DNA from: an uncultured Candidatus Saccharibacteria bacterium
Lineage (GTDB): Bacteria > Patescibacteriota > Minisyncoccia > Portnoybacterales > UBA2143
Assembly: GCA_964548405.1 (NCBI GenBank)
Contig: CAZJPW010000001.1
Span: forward strand, 4,054-68,053
DNA: 64,000 nt
Reading direction: 5' to 3'
The position numbers and the translations under genes are program-made. Under the pieces are notes generated by a model. It ran no database searches, had not been told where the DNA came from, and worked only from the letters and a program-made list of their open reading frames with translations. This document shows, one piece after another, positions 1 to 9,335 of this stretch. The number at the start of each line of letters is the position of its first letter. Within the stretch, counting starts at the first letter, position 1.

Positions 1-1
1 C

Positions 2-313
2 TCAGCGGCTGTTAATGATGCTCGTTTCCAGCCAGTAACAGATAGTGAACTAGATGAGTTAGAATACGAAATTTCTGTCTTAAGTCCTTTGAGAAAAATA
101 GATAGTTGGCAAGAAATAGAATTGGGTAGACATGGCGTTCAGGTTAAACAGGGAATTAGGTCTGGCGTGTTTTTGCCCCAAGTAGCTACGGATAATAATT
201 GGGATATTGATAAATTTATGGGCGAGCTTTGTTCTCAAAAAGCTGGCTTGGATTGGGAGTGTTGGAAAGGTAATGATCTAGATTTATATGTATTTACAGC
301 TACTGTTTTATAG
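2..313 (+). CDS. AMMECR1-domain / AmmeMemoRadiSam system protein A, C-terminal part (truncated by window start)
   Basis: Frame open from position 2: SAAVNDARFQPV..EISVLSP..GRHGV..GVFLPQVA..KAGL, typical AMMECR1 motifs. Confidence 0.85.
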   Translation, partial: SAAVNDARFQPVTDSELDELEYEISVLSPLRKIDSWQEIELGRHGVQVKQGIRSGVFLPQVATDNNWDIDKFMGELCSQKAGLDWECWKGNDLDLYVFTATVL

Positions 314-345
314 TTTAGTATTTCAAGAAGAAAGGAGATTAAAAA

Positions 346-1452
346 ATGAAAAAGAATAATAAGGATATTAGAAGGAGGGCTCATAAAATAGGCTGGCCAG
401 AGTTTTCTGCTATGGAAGAAAAAGACAAGGTCTTTTTTTTAAATAATTCTAAGACAGGAAACCCTTTTCACGTTTTATTTTCCCAGCAGTTTAACAGGAA
501 GAGTTTAGATCTTCTTTGTAAGGTGGCTGACAAGGCGAGATTAATTCATAAGGATAGGAATAGGGGTAGGAAATTCTTGAAAAGTCTGCTTTTCGGAACC
601 TATGCTTTGAATTTTTTTAGTCAGCCCAGTAGCCGTACTTTTCTTTCTTTTGAAACAGCTCAGGAAGTTTTAGGAATGGGCATCAGAGATATTCGAGATC
701 CGAGTACTTCTTCAGAAGCTAAAGGAGAATCAATGGAAGATTCTATTAGAACTTTTAGTAGCTATGTTGATTTAGTAATCATGAGGCATCCAGAAGGTAA
801 AGCCGTAGAAAGGGGAGTTTGGGTTTTAAATAAGTCTGATAGAAGAATTCCAATTATTAATGGTGGGTCTGGCCCTGATCAGCACCCAACCCAGGCCTTA
901 CTCGATATCTATACTATTTATAAGTCTTTTGATGGGAAGGTGGATAATAAGACTATTGTGGCGGTTGGTGATATGTTAAGGGGCAGAACTGTACGATCTC
1001 TGGCATACTTCATGAAGCATTATAAGAATATGAAATTGATTTTTGTAACGCCAGCTCATTTGAAAATGAAAAAAGATATTAAAGATTTTCTTAAGCGTCA
1101 TAATATTCCCTATCAGGAAGAAAGTAATCTTAAAAAGGTAATTCCTTTGGCTGATGTCATATATATGACTCGTATTCAAGATGAGTGGGATAAAGGCAAG
1201 AAGAAACAAAAAGGCCATAAGCCTGTTGGTGATAAATTTAGATTCAAGGCAGAATATCTTAATTTAATGAAGAAGAAATCTATTTTAATGCATCCTTTAC
1301 CTAAAAGAGATGAGATTGACATAGAGTTGGATTATTGCGGTGATCCAAGAATAATTTACTGGCGCCAGGAACGCAACGGCATGTGGGCCAGGGTTGCCTT
1401 GATTGCTGCTATTTTTCAGAAAGAAAAAGATATTTTGAAGTATCGTATCTAA
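346..1452 (+). CDS. pyrB: Aspartate carbamoyltransferase catalytic subunit
   Basis: PSSRTFLSF, KGES, MRHP, QHPTQALLD, GRTVRSL, TRIQ, HPLP motifs; AAGGAG SD upstream. Confidence 0.92.
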   Translation: MKKNNKDIRRRAHKIGWPEFSAMEEKDKVFFLNNSKTGNPFHVLFSQQFNRKSLDLLCKVADKARLIHKDRNRGRKFLKSLLFGTYALNFFSQPSSRTFLSFETAQEVLGMGIRDIRDPSTSSEAKGESMEDSIRTFSSYVDLVIMRHPEGKAVERGVWVLNKSDRRIPIINGGSGPDQHPTQALLDIYTIYKSFDGKVDNKTIVAVGDMLRGRTVRSLAYFMKHYKNMKLIFVTPAHLKMKKDIKDFLKRHNIPYQEESNLKKVIPLADVIYMTRIQDEWDKGKKKQKGHKPVGDKFRFKAEYLNLMKKKSILMHPLPKRDEIDIELDYCGDPRIIYWRQERNGMWARVALIAAIFQKEKDILKYRI

Positions 1453-1455
1453 GAA

Positions 1456-1668
1456 ATGAGATATATTATTCTATTTTTAATTAAAATATATCAAAAAACC
1501 ATATCACCTGATCATGGCTATATTCCAGTTCTTAGATTGCTGGGCCAATGCCGCCATTACCCAACTTGTTCTCAGTATACTTATCAGACTGTGGAAAAAC
1601 ACGGGGCTTTTAAGGGTCTTTGGCTAGGTTTAAAGAGGATTTCCACCTGTCATCCTTGGGGAAAATGA
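1456..1668 (+). CDS. yidD: Membrane protein insertion efficiency factor YidD
   Basis: YQKTISP..CRHYPTCSQY..CHPW signature. Confidence 0.92.
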   Translation: MRYIILFLIKIYQKTISPDHGYIPVLRLLGQCRHYPTCSQYTYQTVEKHGAFKGLWLGLKRISTCHPWGK

Positions 1669-1690
1669 TTAATTTTGTTATGATGAAGAT

Positions 1691-2302
1691 ATGAAAATGA
1701 ATAAGATAATTAAGGTTTTAATTCTTTCAGATATAGCTTTAGTAAGTGGTTTTGGTTTTGTTTCTCCGATTTTCGCTATTTTCCTGACTGATCGAATTCA
1801 AGGGGGTAATATTGAAGTTGTTGGTTATGCAGCCGCTATTTACTGGATGGTTAAATCAATAACTGTTATCCCTTTTGGTCGCTATTTGGATAAAAATCAT
1901 GGAGAAAAAGATGATCTCTGGTTTATTGTTATTGGTAATCTTTTAGCTACTTTAGTAGTTATTGGCTATATATTCTCAAGTCTGCCTTGGCATATTTATA
2001 CTTTGCAGGCGATTTATGCCATAAGCATGGCTATGAACATGCCTGCTTATGCTGCTATGTTTACGAGACATATTGATAAGGGAAATGAGGCTTCTGACTG
2101 GGGCATTAGAAGTTGTTTTGTTGGTTTTGGAGCGGGTATTGCTGGCGCCTTGGGTGGAATAATTGCTAATCGTTTTGGTTTTAATACACTCTTTGTTGGA
2201 GTTGGTATTTTTATTCTTTTAAGCGCTTTTTTCCCTCTGTTGATTATAAGAAACATATCGCCGAAAGATAAAAAAATACCAAGAATTCCAATAGATAAAT
2301 GA
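1691..2302 (+). CDS. Half-size MFS transporter-like membrane protein (about 6 TM)
   Basis: Hydrophobic helices and MFS motif A-like GRYLDKNHG; 203 aa. Confidence 0.75.
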   Translation: MKMNKIIKVLILSDIALVSGFGFVSPIFAIFLTDRIQGGNIEVVGYAAAIYWMVKSITVIPFGRYLDKNHGEKDDLWFIVIGNLLATLVVIGYIFSSLPWHIYTLQAIYAISMAMNMPAYAAMFTRHIDKGNEASDWGIRSCFVGFGAGIAGALGGIIANRFGFNTLFVGVGIFILLSAFFPLLIIRNISPKDKKIPRIPIDK

Positions 2303-4008
2303 AAAATTTAGAGCTTGCTCAAATATTCTATCAAATAGCTGAATATATTGAGATGGATGAGGCATCTTTTCGTTCCCGGGCATATAATAAGGCGGCTCGG
2401 GTTTTAGAATCCTTGGAATTGGATCTTGAAGGCATTTATCTAAAAGATGGTATTAAGGGCTTGAAGAGTCTTCCTGGAATAGGCCAGGCCATTTCTGAGA
2501 AAATAGAGGAATATCTTAAGACCGGCCAGATTAAAACTTTTAATAAGCTCCAAAAGCAATGCCCGGTTGATTTAGAAAAATTAATTAGCGTTGAAGGATT
2601 AGGTGCTAGAAAGATTAAAGTTTTATACAAAGAATTAAATATTAGAAATCTAAAAGATTTAGAAAAGGCAGCTAAGAAAGGTAAGATAGGTAAATTAGAT
2701 GGTTTTGGTGTAAAAAGCGAACAGAATATTCTTCAAGCAATTGAATTTGTCAAAGCCGGTCAAGATAGATTCTTGTTGGGCATGGCCCTACCCATAGTTA
2801 GAGAAATAGTCACTAAGTTGGGAAAACTGTCAGAGGTTAAAAAAATTAGTCCAGCTGGTTCAATTAGGCGTATGAAAGAAACGATTGGCGATCTTGATAT
2901 TTTGGTTGTATCTTCAAAACCAGAGAAAGTGATGGATTTTTTCGTAAATGGACCCAATGTGGTTAAAGTTTGGGCCCAAGGCTTGACTAAATCTTCAGTT
3001 AGGTTGAGAAATAATCTGGATTGTGATTTAAGGATAGTTAAAAGAGAAAGTTTTGGAGCCGCTCTTCAGTATTTTACGGGCAGCAAGGATCATAATATTG
3101 TAGTTCGAAAATTAGCTAAGAAAAAAGGATTGAAATTAAATGAATACGGAGTTTTTAAAGGCAAAAAACAAATAGCCGGTAAAAACGAGAAGGAAGTTTA
3201 TCAAAAAGTTGGACTTTCTTACATTGAACCAGAATTAAGGACTAATACAGGCGAGATTGAAGCTGGTTTGAAAAATAGGTTACCTAAGTTAGTTGAATTA
3301 AAAGACATCAAAGGCGATTGTCATTGTCATAGTAACTGGAGTGATGGAAGTGAAAAGATTGAAGATTTAGCCAAGGCAGCTAAAAAACTTGGATACAAGT
3401 ATATAGCTATTACAGATCATGCTGGATTTTTAAGGATAGCTCATGCCCTAGATGAGAAACAGCTCTTGAAACAAATGGAAGAAATTGATAGGATTAACAG
3501 TCGGCTTTCTGGGATAAAAATCATTAAAGGATCAGAAGTTGATATTGGGGCTGATGGGACGATGGCTATTAAAGATGAGGTTTTGGCCAAGTTAGATTAT
3601 GTTTTAGGTGGAGTTCATTCTAATTTTAAGATGAGTAGGCAAAATATGACTGAGAGATTAATTAGGGCTATGGAGAATTCTCATGTTAATGTAATCGCTC
3701 ATCCGACTGGTCGGGTACTTCAGCACAGGGAAGAGTATCAGTTGGATTTTGATAAGATTTTTAGGATAGCTAAGAAAACAAAAACGGCTTTGGAGATTAA
3801 TGCTAATGCTGGTCGTTTAGATCTGAAGGATGTATATATTCGTCAGGCTAAAGAAGCCGGTGTTAAAATGGTAATCGGTACAGATGCTCATTCTTTAGTA
3901 CATATGACGATGATGGAATTAGGTCTAGCTCAGGCGCGCCGAGGCTGGGCTGAACCAAAAGATATTTTAAATACGAAATCTTTGAGAGATTTTTTAAAAA
4001 GTTTCTAG
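2299..4008 (+). CDS. polX: DNA polymerase X with C-terminal PHP exonuclease domain
   Basis: HhH motifs (LPGIG, VEGLG), GSIRR, GDLD, YFTGSK, PELR; PHP motifs HCHS, TDH, AHP, TDAH. Confidence 0.95.
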   Translation: MKNLELAQIFYQIAEYIEMDEASFRSRAYNKAARVLESLELDLEGIYLKDGIKGLKSLPGIGQAISEKIEEYLKTGQIKTFNKLQKQCPVDLEKLISVEGLGARKIKVLYKELNIRNLKDLEKAAKKGKIGKLDGFGVKSEQNILQAIEFVKAGQDRFLLGMALPIVREIVTKLGKLSEVKKISPAGSIRRMKETIGDLDILVVSSKPEKVMDFFVNGPNVVKVWAQGLTKSSVRLRNNLDCDLRIVKRESFGAALQYFTGSKDHNIVVRKLAKKKGLKLNEYGVFKGKKQIAGKNEKEVYQKVGLSYIEPELRTNTGEIEAGLKNRLPKLVELKDIKGDCHCHSNWSDGSEKIEDLAKAAKKLGYKYIAITDHAGFLRIAHALDEKQLLKQMEEIDRINSRLSGIKIIKGSEVDIGADGTMAIKDEVLAKLDYVLGGVHSNFKMSRQNMTERLIRAMENSHVNVIAHPTGRVLQHREEYQLDFDKIFRIAKKTKTALEINANAGRLDLKDVYIRQAKEAGVKMVIGTDAHSLVHMTMMELGLAQARRGWAEPKDILNTKSLRDFLKSF

Positions 4009-4069
4009 GTGGTTAGATCTTTAATTTTTTAGCTTTAACAATTTAGCTTTAACAAAAGGAGGGTAAGTT

Positions 4070-5383
4070 ATGAGGGACAATTGTGGAGTTTTTGGCATTC
4101 ATTCTTCTAAGGGGTGTGCTGAAAGTATTGAACGCGGCATTTTCCACTTACAGCATCGTGGCCAGGTGTATGCTGGCTTATCCGTTTTTAATGGACAGGA
4201 AATTATTTCCGAGGTAGGGAACGGATTGGTCAAGGAAGTTTTTCCGGCAAGGGATCTGGGAAACTGGGAGGGGAATTCTGGAATAGGGCATGTTAGCTTA
4301 ATGGATCCTCAGCCCCATTTAGTGGATTCCAAGATAGGCAAATTCGTTCTGGCTTTCAGCGGTAATTTGATTAACGGTCCAGAACTGCGGGAGAAATTAA
4401 AGAGCCAAAGAGAATCTTTTTCTACGTCTTATGATGTGGAGGTAATAGCCAGATTAATAGGTAAAGGAAAAGATTATATAAGCGGCATACAAGGAATGTT
4501 TCAAGAATGTAGAGGTGGCTATTCGCTGGTTTTACTAACCGATAACGGAGAAGTTTATGCAGCTAGGGATCCTTATGGGTTTAGACCGTTAATTCTGGCT
4601 AAGAATATTGACGGGTGTGCCGTAGCCTCTGAATCTCCTGCCCTAGAAGAAATAGGCATGGAAGTAGTTAGAGATGTCCGTCCAGGGGAGATTGTCCGAA
4701 TAGAAAAGAATGGTTTTTCCGTGGTTAGAGAATCACAACCGGAAAGAGCAGCCTATTGTGCTTTTGAATGGGCCTATATCGCCCGATTAGATTCTGTGAT
4801 CGAAGGTATTCCGGTCAAAAGAGCCAGGAATAATTTGGGCGGTGAGTTGGCTCAGGGAGATGAAGTGGAGGCGGACATCGTTGCTCCTATTCCTATGTCG
4901 GGCATCGGACACGCCCAGGGATATCATAGGGTGTCTGGCGTTCCTTATGATGATGTCTTTTTGTATAACAGATATTCGGATAGAAGTTATACGCCTCTTG
5001 ACCAGACAGTTAGAGATATCATAGCAAACGAAAAGCTCTCCGTTATCAAGGAATCTATTAAGGGGAAAAAGATCATTATTATCGATGATTCTATCGTCCG
5101 GGGGACCCAGATGAGAAAGCAGGTTTTCAGATTAAAGAAAGCAGGGGCTAATGAAATTCATGTCAGAGTAGCTTCACCTCCCTTAAAAGCTCCCTGCTTA
5201 TACGGGATTTCTACAACTTCCTATGAAGAGCTGGCTGCCGTCAATCATAGTACGGAGGAAATAAGGAAGATGATCGGAGCAGACACATTAAGGTTTAATA
5301 CCTTAGAAGGTTTCATCAGAGCCATCGGTCTGCCATCCGAAAGATTATGTTCATCTTGCTGGACTGGGGAGTATCCAGTTTGA
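4070..5383 (+). CDS. purF: Amidophosphoribosyltransferase (divergent glutaminase domain)
   Basis: N-terminal CGVFG, QHRGQ, ARDPYGFRPL, CAFE, DDSIVRGT, PCLYG, CSSC. Confidence 0.88.
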   Translation: MRDNCGVFGIHSSKGCAESIERGIFHLQHRGQVYAGLSVFNGQEIISEVGNGLVKEVFPARDLGNWEGNSGIGHVSLMDPQPHLVDSKIGKFVLAFSGNLINGPELREKLKSQRESFSTSYDVEVIARLIGKGKDYISGIQGMFQECRGGYSLVLLTDNGEVYAARDPYGFRPLILAKNIDGCAVASESPALEEIGMEVVRDVRPGEIVRIEKNGFSVVRESQPERAAYCAFEWAYIARLDSVIEGIPVKRARNNLGGELAQGDEVEADIVAPIPMSGIGHAQGYHRVSGVPYDDVFLYNRYSDRSYTPLDQTVRDIIANEKLSVIKESIKGKKIIIIDDSIVRGTQMRKQVFRLKKAGANEIHVRVASPPLKAPCLYGISTTSYEELAAVNHSTEEIRKMIGADTLRFNTLEGFIRAIGLPSERLCSSCWTGEYPV

Positions 5384-5402
5384 CTTATAATCGTTTTTAA
5401 TT

Positions 5403-5439
5403 GGGGGCCTTAGTATGCTAAAATGCACTAAGGCCTCTT
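5403..5439 (+). terminator. Hairpin after purF
   Basis: GGCCTTAGT..ACTAAGGCC inverted repeat with weak T tract. Confidence 0.5.
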
Positions 5440-5444
5440 AAATT

Positions 5445-5816
5445 ATGGATCTTAAAACAAAAAACTGGATATTTGTTTTTGCTTGGGCTGGTTTTATCTT
5501 TTTTCTTTCTCACCAGCCTTTTCTTGAATCTGGTTTGCCTGGCCAGTGGGATTTTGTTTTGCGCAAGCTGGCCCATATTACTGAATACGCTATTTTAACT
5601 TGGCTTTTAATTAGGGCTCTGAAAGAATATCAATTAACAACTAGACAGATCATAATTTCATCTATAACTATAGTTGTGCTTTATGCTGTTTCTGATGAAT
5701 ATCATCAGACTTTTATTCTTGGACGCCAAGGCGCATTCCGTGATGTTTTAATAGATAGCATAGGTATTTTTCTAATAACTTGGTTTAATGGGAAAAAGAT
5801 GATAAAATTAAAATAG
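5445..5816 (+). CDS. VanZ family membrane protein
   Basis: RKLAHITEY, SDEYHQTF, GR, DVLID. Confidence 0.9.
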   Translation: MDLKTKNWIFVFAWAGFIFFLSHQPFLESGLPGQWDFVLRKLAHITEYAILTWLLIRALKEYQLTTRQIIISSITIVVLYAVSDEYHQTFILGRQGAFRDVLIDSIGIFLITWFNGKKMIKLK

Positions 5817-5818
5817 TT

Positions 5819-6892
5819 ATGATTGATTTTTCGCAAAAGCCAGCTTTTGGTTTAGATTTAAGCGACCTTTCCTTAAAGATTGTTGAAGTTAATAAAGGGA
5901 AGGGTAGTTTGTTTTTATCTAGTTTTCTTAAACAGGATATTCCTCAAGGTTTGATTGAAGGCGGAGTCATTAAAAAAGAAAAAGAATTAGTTGATATTTT
6001 AAAAAAGGCTTTAGATAAGATAAATGTAGGCAAGCGAGTGGTTTGTAACCTGCCAGAGGAAAAAGTTTTTATTAGAATTATTCAATTACCTAAGATGAAA
6101 GAGAGTGAATTAGAGAAAGCGGTTCATTGGGAAGCCGAAGCTCATATTCCTTTGGGCATTGATGAAGTATATCTTGGCTGGCAGCTTGTTGAACCAATTT
6201 TTGAACATATTGATCATTTGGACGTACTAATTGCAGCCACTCCTAAAACTTTAGTGGATAATTATTTAAGCTTTTTAAGAAAAAGCGGCCTGGAACCAGT
6301 AGCTTTAGAGCCAGAATCAGTTGCTGTAATCAGGAGTCTCATGACTGAGGATGATTTAACTCCTAGTATTATTGTTGATCTGGGAGCAGTAGGAACTAAT
6401 TTTGTCATTTTTTCTGCCCTAGCTATTCGTTTTACTTCGCATATTAATATTTCCGGCCAGCTTTTTAATCAAGCCATTGCCAAGAAATTGAAAGTCACTG
6501 AAAAGGAAGCCAATAAATTAAAGATAGAAGTTGGTCTAGATGAAAAAAAAGAAAATGGTAAAGTTTACAAGGCTTTAGAGCCGATTATTGATAATTTAAC
6601 TAAGCAAATCAAGGATTACGTCACTTTTTATCATGAGCATGCTACTCATGTTCATGGGCCGGACGGGGCTATTGGCCAGGTAATTCTTTGCGGAGGCGAT
6701 TCCTTATTAATCAATTTACCCAAAATATTAAATGAAAAATTAAATATGCCGGTCAAGATGGGTAACCCTTTGATTAATATTTCATCTACTCGCCTCGCTA
6801 CCAAGCGGGTTGATAAGAAAAAAGGCATTACTAAAAAAGAAACTTTTTCATATACCACTGCTTTAGGTTTAGCCTTAAAAAATTTCTTTTAA
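5819..6892 (+). CDS. pilM: Type IV pilus assembly protein PilM
   Basis: GLDLSDLSLK, VDLG, LCGG, ALGLA actin-like motifs. Confidence 0.9.
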   Translation: MIDFSQKPAFGLDLSDLSLKIVEVNKGKGSLFLSSFLKQDIPQGLIEGGVIKKEKELVDILKKALDKINVGKRVVCNLPEEKVFIRIIQLPKMKESELEKAVHWEAEAHIPLGIDEVYLGWQLVEPIFEHIDHLDVLIAATPKTLVDNYLSFLRKSGLEPVALEPESVAVIRSLMTEDDLTPSIIVDLGAVGTNFVIFSALAIRFTSHINISGQLFNQAIAKKLKVTEKEANKLKIEVGLDEKKENGKVYKALEPIIDNLTKQIKDYVTFYHEHATHVHGPDGAIGQVILCGGDSLLINLPKILNEKLNMPVKMGNPLINISSTRLATKRVDKKKGITKKETFSYTTALGLALKNFF

Positions 6893-6893
6893 T

Positions 6894-7454
6894 ATGTTTA
6901 AACTTAACCTTTTACCACCCCAAGAGAAAAAAAGACTAGAATTAACAGAGTTTGCTTTTTTGTTGATTTCTTTTGGATGTCGTTTGGCTATTATTTTAAT
7001 CATTTTTGTTGTTATTTTGATAACCACATATTTTTCTCTTTTCATTCTTGTTAAAGCTCAGGATAATTTAATAGAGGTTAGGCAGAATGATGAAAAAACT
7101 CAGCATCAAATGGAGATTGAAGGGAAAATAGAAAAAGTAAATCAGGAAGCTAGAAGGATTTTTATCAAACAGAGTGAGTTAATCATTTGGACGCCCATTT
7201 TGGAGAGGCTAAGCAAGATTACCCCAAGCGGAGTATATTTAATCAACTTTTCCTATAGAGCTTCTAGCGAAGAGATTAATATTACTGGTTGGGCTAATAA
7301 TAGGGATAAGTTGTTGGTCTTTGAAAATTTATTAAAAGAAAGTCCATATTTTGAAGATCTTAATGCGCCTTTGAGTAATTTAATTAAGCAGACTGATATT
7401 AATTTTAGCTTTACGGCTAAGCCAGTTAAGCTTTTGGAGGAGGATAAGGAATGA
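6894..7454 (+). CDS. pilN: PilN-like pilus assembly protein
   Basis: N-terminal LNLLP, one TM, follows pilM. Confidence 0.82.
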   Translation: MFKLNLLPPQEKKRLELTEFAFLLISFGCRLAIILIIFVVILITTYFSLFILVKAQDNLIEVRQNDEKTQHQMEIEGKIEKVNQEARRIFIKQSELIIWTPILERLSKITPSGVYLINFSYRASSEEINITGWANNRDKLLVFENLLKESPYFEDLNAPLSNLIKQTDINFSFTAKPVKLLEEDKE

Positions 7455-8002
7455 TGAATTCTATTTCAAAAAAATTAATCAGTTCCTTATTAATCGTCCT
7501 AATTGTTTTAGCTCTTTTTATTTGGCTGGCTATTTTACCGTTAGTAGGCAAAATTAAGCAGCTGTCTCAGGAATATTTGGGCAAGCAGGAGATCTTAGCC
7601 CAGTTAGATCAAAGAGAGTTTTTGTTTAGGGATCTGGAAAAGAGTTATCGGGAAAAAAAAGATCAGTTGACTAATATTGAAGGAACTCTTTTGACTGAAG
7701 AGGAAACAGTTGGCTTTATTTCCACTTTAGAAAATATTGCTGATCGGACTGGAAATGATTTTGAAATTAGGGCAGCCAAATCGTTTTCCGAAGAAGGCGA
7801 AGAGAAGTTTCTCAGCTTAACTATTTCTCTTTGGGGAGATTTTGAAAGACTACTTGTCTTTTTGGCTAATTTAGAAGACAGTCCTTATCCGCCTTATCGT
7901 CTATTGGAAGTGGATAGTTTGTCGATTCATAGGATGGAAGGGGATAATGTTAGGGATGGTACTTTAGAAACAATCTTAGGAATTAAAATATATACAAAAT
8001 GA
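7451..8002 (+). CDS. pilO: PilO-like pilus assembly protein
   Basis: TM + coiled coil, GDFERLLVFLANLE; position after pilN. Confidence 0.72.
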   Translation: MMNSISKKLISSLLIVLIVLALFIWLAILPLVGKIKQLSQEYLGKQEILAQLDQREFLFRDLEKSYREKKDQLTNIEGTLLTEEETVGFISTLENIADRTGNDFEIRAAKSFSEEGEEKFLSLTISLWGDFERLLVFLANLEDSPYPPYRLLEVDSLSIHRMEGDNVRDGTLETILGIKIYTK

Positions 8003-8280
8003 AGATAAAATTCAGTTTATCATTAGAAAAAGTATCTAATTTTTTAAAAAAGTATTACTTTTGGATTTTAGGATTAATTCTTTTAGTATTACTTTGTCTT
8101 AATGCCTTTGTCTATTATCAATATGTTTATTTAACTATGAATGCTAGGGTGGTGCCGGCTGATGGAAAAATAGTTATTGATCAAGAGATTATTGAGAAAG
8201 TTATGGATGTTATAGAGGAGAGGGAGGAGAATTTAACTAGAGTAAAAACAAAAGACTATTTCAACCCCTTTAATGATTGA
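7999..8280 (+). CDS. Hypothetical single-TM protein, last gene of pil cluster
   Basis: ATGA overlap with pilO, one TM, C-terminal NPF. Confidence 0.7.
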   Translation: MKIKFSLSLEKVSNFLKKYYFWILGLILLVLLCLNAFVYYQYVYLTMNARVVPADGKIVIDQEIIEKVMDVIEEREENLTRVKTKDYFNPFND

Positions 8281-8312
8281 CTTTTAGGAAAGATTGGGTA
8301 TAATTTTGGTAT

Positions 8313-8386
8313 GCGCCTGTAGCTCAGCCGGACAGAGCGCCACCCTTCTAAGGTGGATGTCGTAGGTTCGAATCCTACCAGGCGTA
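8313..8386 (+). tRNA. tRNA-Arg(UCU)
   Basis: GCGCCTG/CAGGCGT acceptor, CCACC-CTTCTAA-GGTGG anticodon arm, GGTTCGAATCC T arm; CCA not encoded. Confidence 0.95.
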
Positions 8387-8393
8387 CTTGTAT

Positions 8394-8470
8394 GGTGCTC
8401 GTAGCTCAATTGACAGAGCCCCAGTTTGTGGTACTGGTTGTTGCCGGTTTGAGTCCGGTCGGGCACCCCA
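8394..8470 (+). tRNA. tRNA-His(GUG)
   Basis: G-1, GTGCTCG/CGGGCAC acceptor, CCAGT-TTGTGGT-ACTGG anticodon arm, encoded CCA. Confidence 0.93.
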
Positions 8471-8477
8471 GATATTT

Positions 8478-8501
8478 AAAAAGCCCTTTGTGGGGCTTTT
8501 T
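8478..8501 (+). terminator. Intrinsic terminator after tRNA pair
   Basis: AAAAAGCCC..GGGCTTTTT. Confidence 0.75.
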
Positions 8502-8504
8502 GAG

Positions 8505-8561
8505 TTGTCAACAATTAAGTTATGTCAAGGGGTTGACAAGGTGTCAATAAAAGAATAAAAT
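8505..8561 (+). promoter_or_regulatory. Sigma70 promoter with overlapping palindromic operator
   Basis: TTGACA 8533-8538, 17 bp, TAAAAT 8556-8561; TGTCAA at 8506, 8523 and 8542 forming palindromes with the -35. Confidence 0.7.
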
Positions 8562-8588
8562 GTAAGTAGTTATAAATATTTTGAAACT

Positions 8589-9335
8589 ATGCATAAAATC
8601 CAAGGAAAAATTTTAAATCTGTCTAAAAGCCATAATTTGGCTGGTTTGACTTTGCGTAAAATAGGGGAGCTTATAGGCGAGAAAGGAAGTCCTCAGAAAA
8701 TTAAGCATCACCTAAATAAATTGATAGAAAAAGGGTTATTAATAGTAAGTGCTGATGGTGAAAATATTAGTGGTTTATCTGTGGGTCTGGATAAAAAAAA
8801 TAATTTAATCTCTTTGCCTATTTTTGGATCTGCTAATTGTGGTCAGGCTTTAGAATTAGCTGAAAATAATATAGAAGATTATTTGAGAATATCAAAAAAG
8901 ATATTAGGTAATAGTTTAACTAAGAAAATTAAAGATTTATTCGTACTTAAAGCAGTTGGTCAATCTATGGATAGGGCTAATCTTAACGGAGAAAATATTG
9001 AAGACGGTGATTATTTAATTATAGACAAAGAATACAAAGTCCCACAGAATGGAGACTATGTAGTTTCTGTTATTGATGGGGCTGCTAATATTAAGAAATT
9101 TTATTCAGATGATAAAAATGAAAGAGTTGTTTTGGTTTCAGAATCAACTCAAGATATGCCGCCGATTTATGTACATAAAAAAGATTTAGTTGATTATTTA
9201 ATATGTGGTAAAGTCGTTAGTATTGTTAAAAAGATTAATGAATTAGCCTTAATGATAGATGTTTCTGCTAAAGATATTTTAAAGGATTTAGGTCCGATTT
9301 CAGGAAAAGAGGTTAAATATTACGAAAATTTATGA
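8589..9335 (+). CDS. LexA-like repressor (wHTH + S24 peptidase) with C-terminal extension
   Basis: TLRKIG..HHLNKL wHTH, ANCG cleavage loop, GQSM serine, NIKKF lysine. Confidence 0.85.
   Translation: MHKIQGKILNLSKSHNLAGLTLRKIGELIGEKGSPQKIKHHLNKLIEKGLLIVSADGENISGLSVGLDKKNNLISLPIFGSANCGQALELAENNIEDYLRISKKILGNSLTKKIKDLFVLKAVGQSMDRANLNGENIEDGDYLIIDKEYKVPQNGDYVVSVIDGAANIKKFYSDDKNERVVLVSESTQDMPPIYVHKKDLVDYLICGKVVSIVKKINELALMIDVSAKDILKDLGPISGKEVKYYENL

Noticed and set aside
8284-8550. ORFs 8284-8466(-) and 8353-8550(+)
   Set aside because: They overlap tRNA-Arg and tRNA-His; spurious translations of RNA genes
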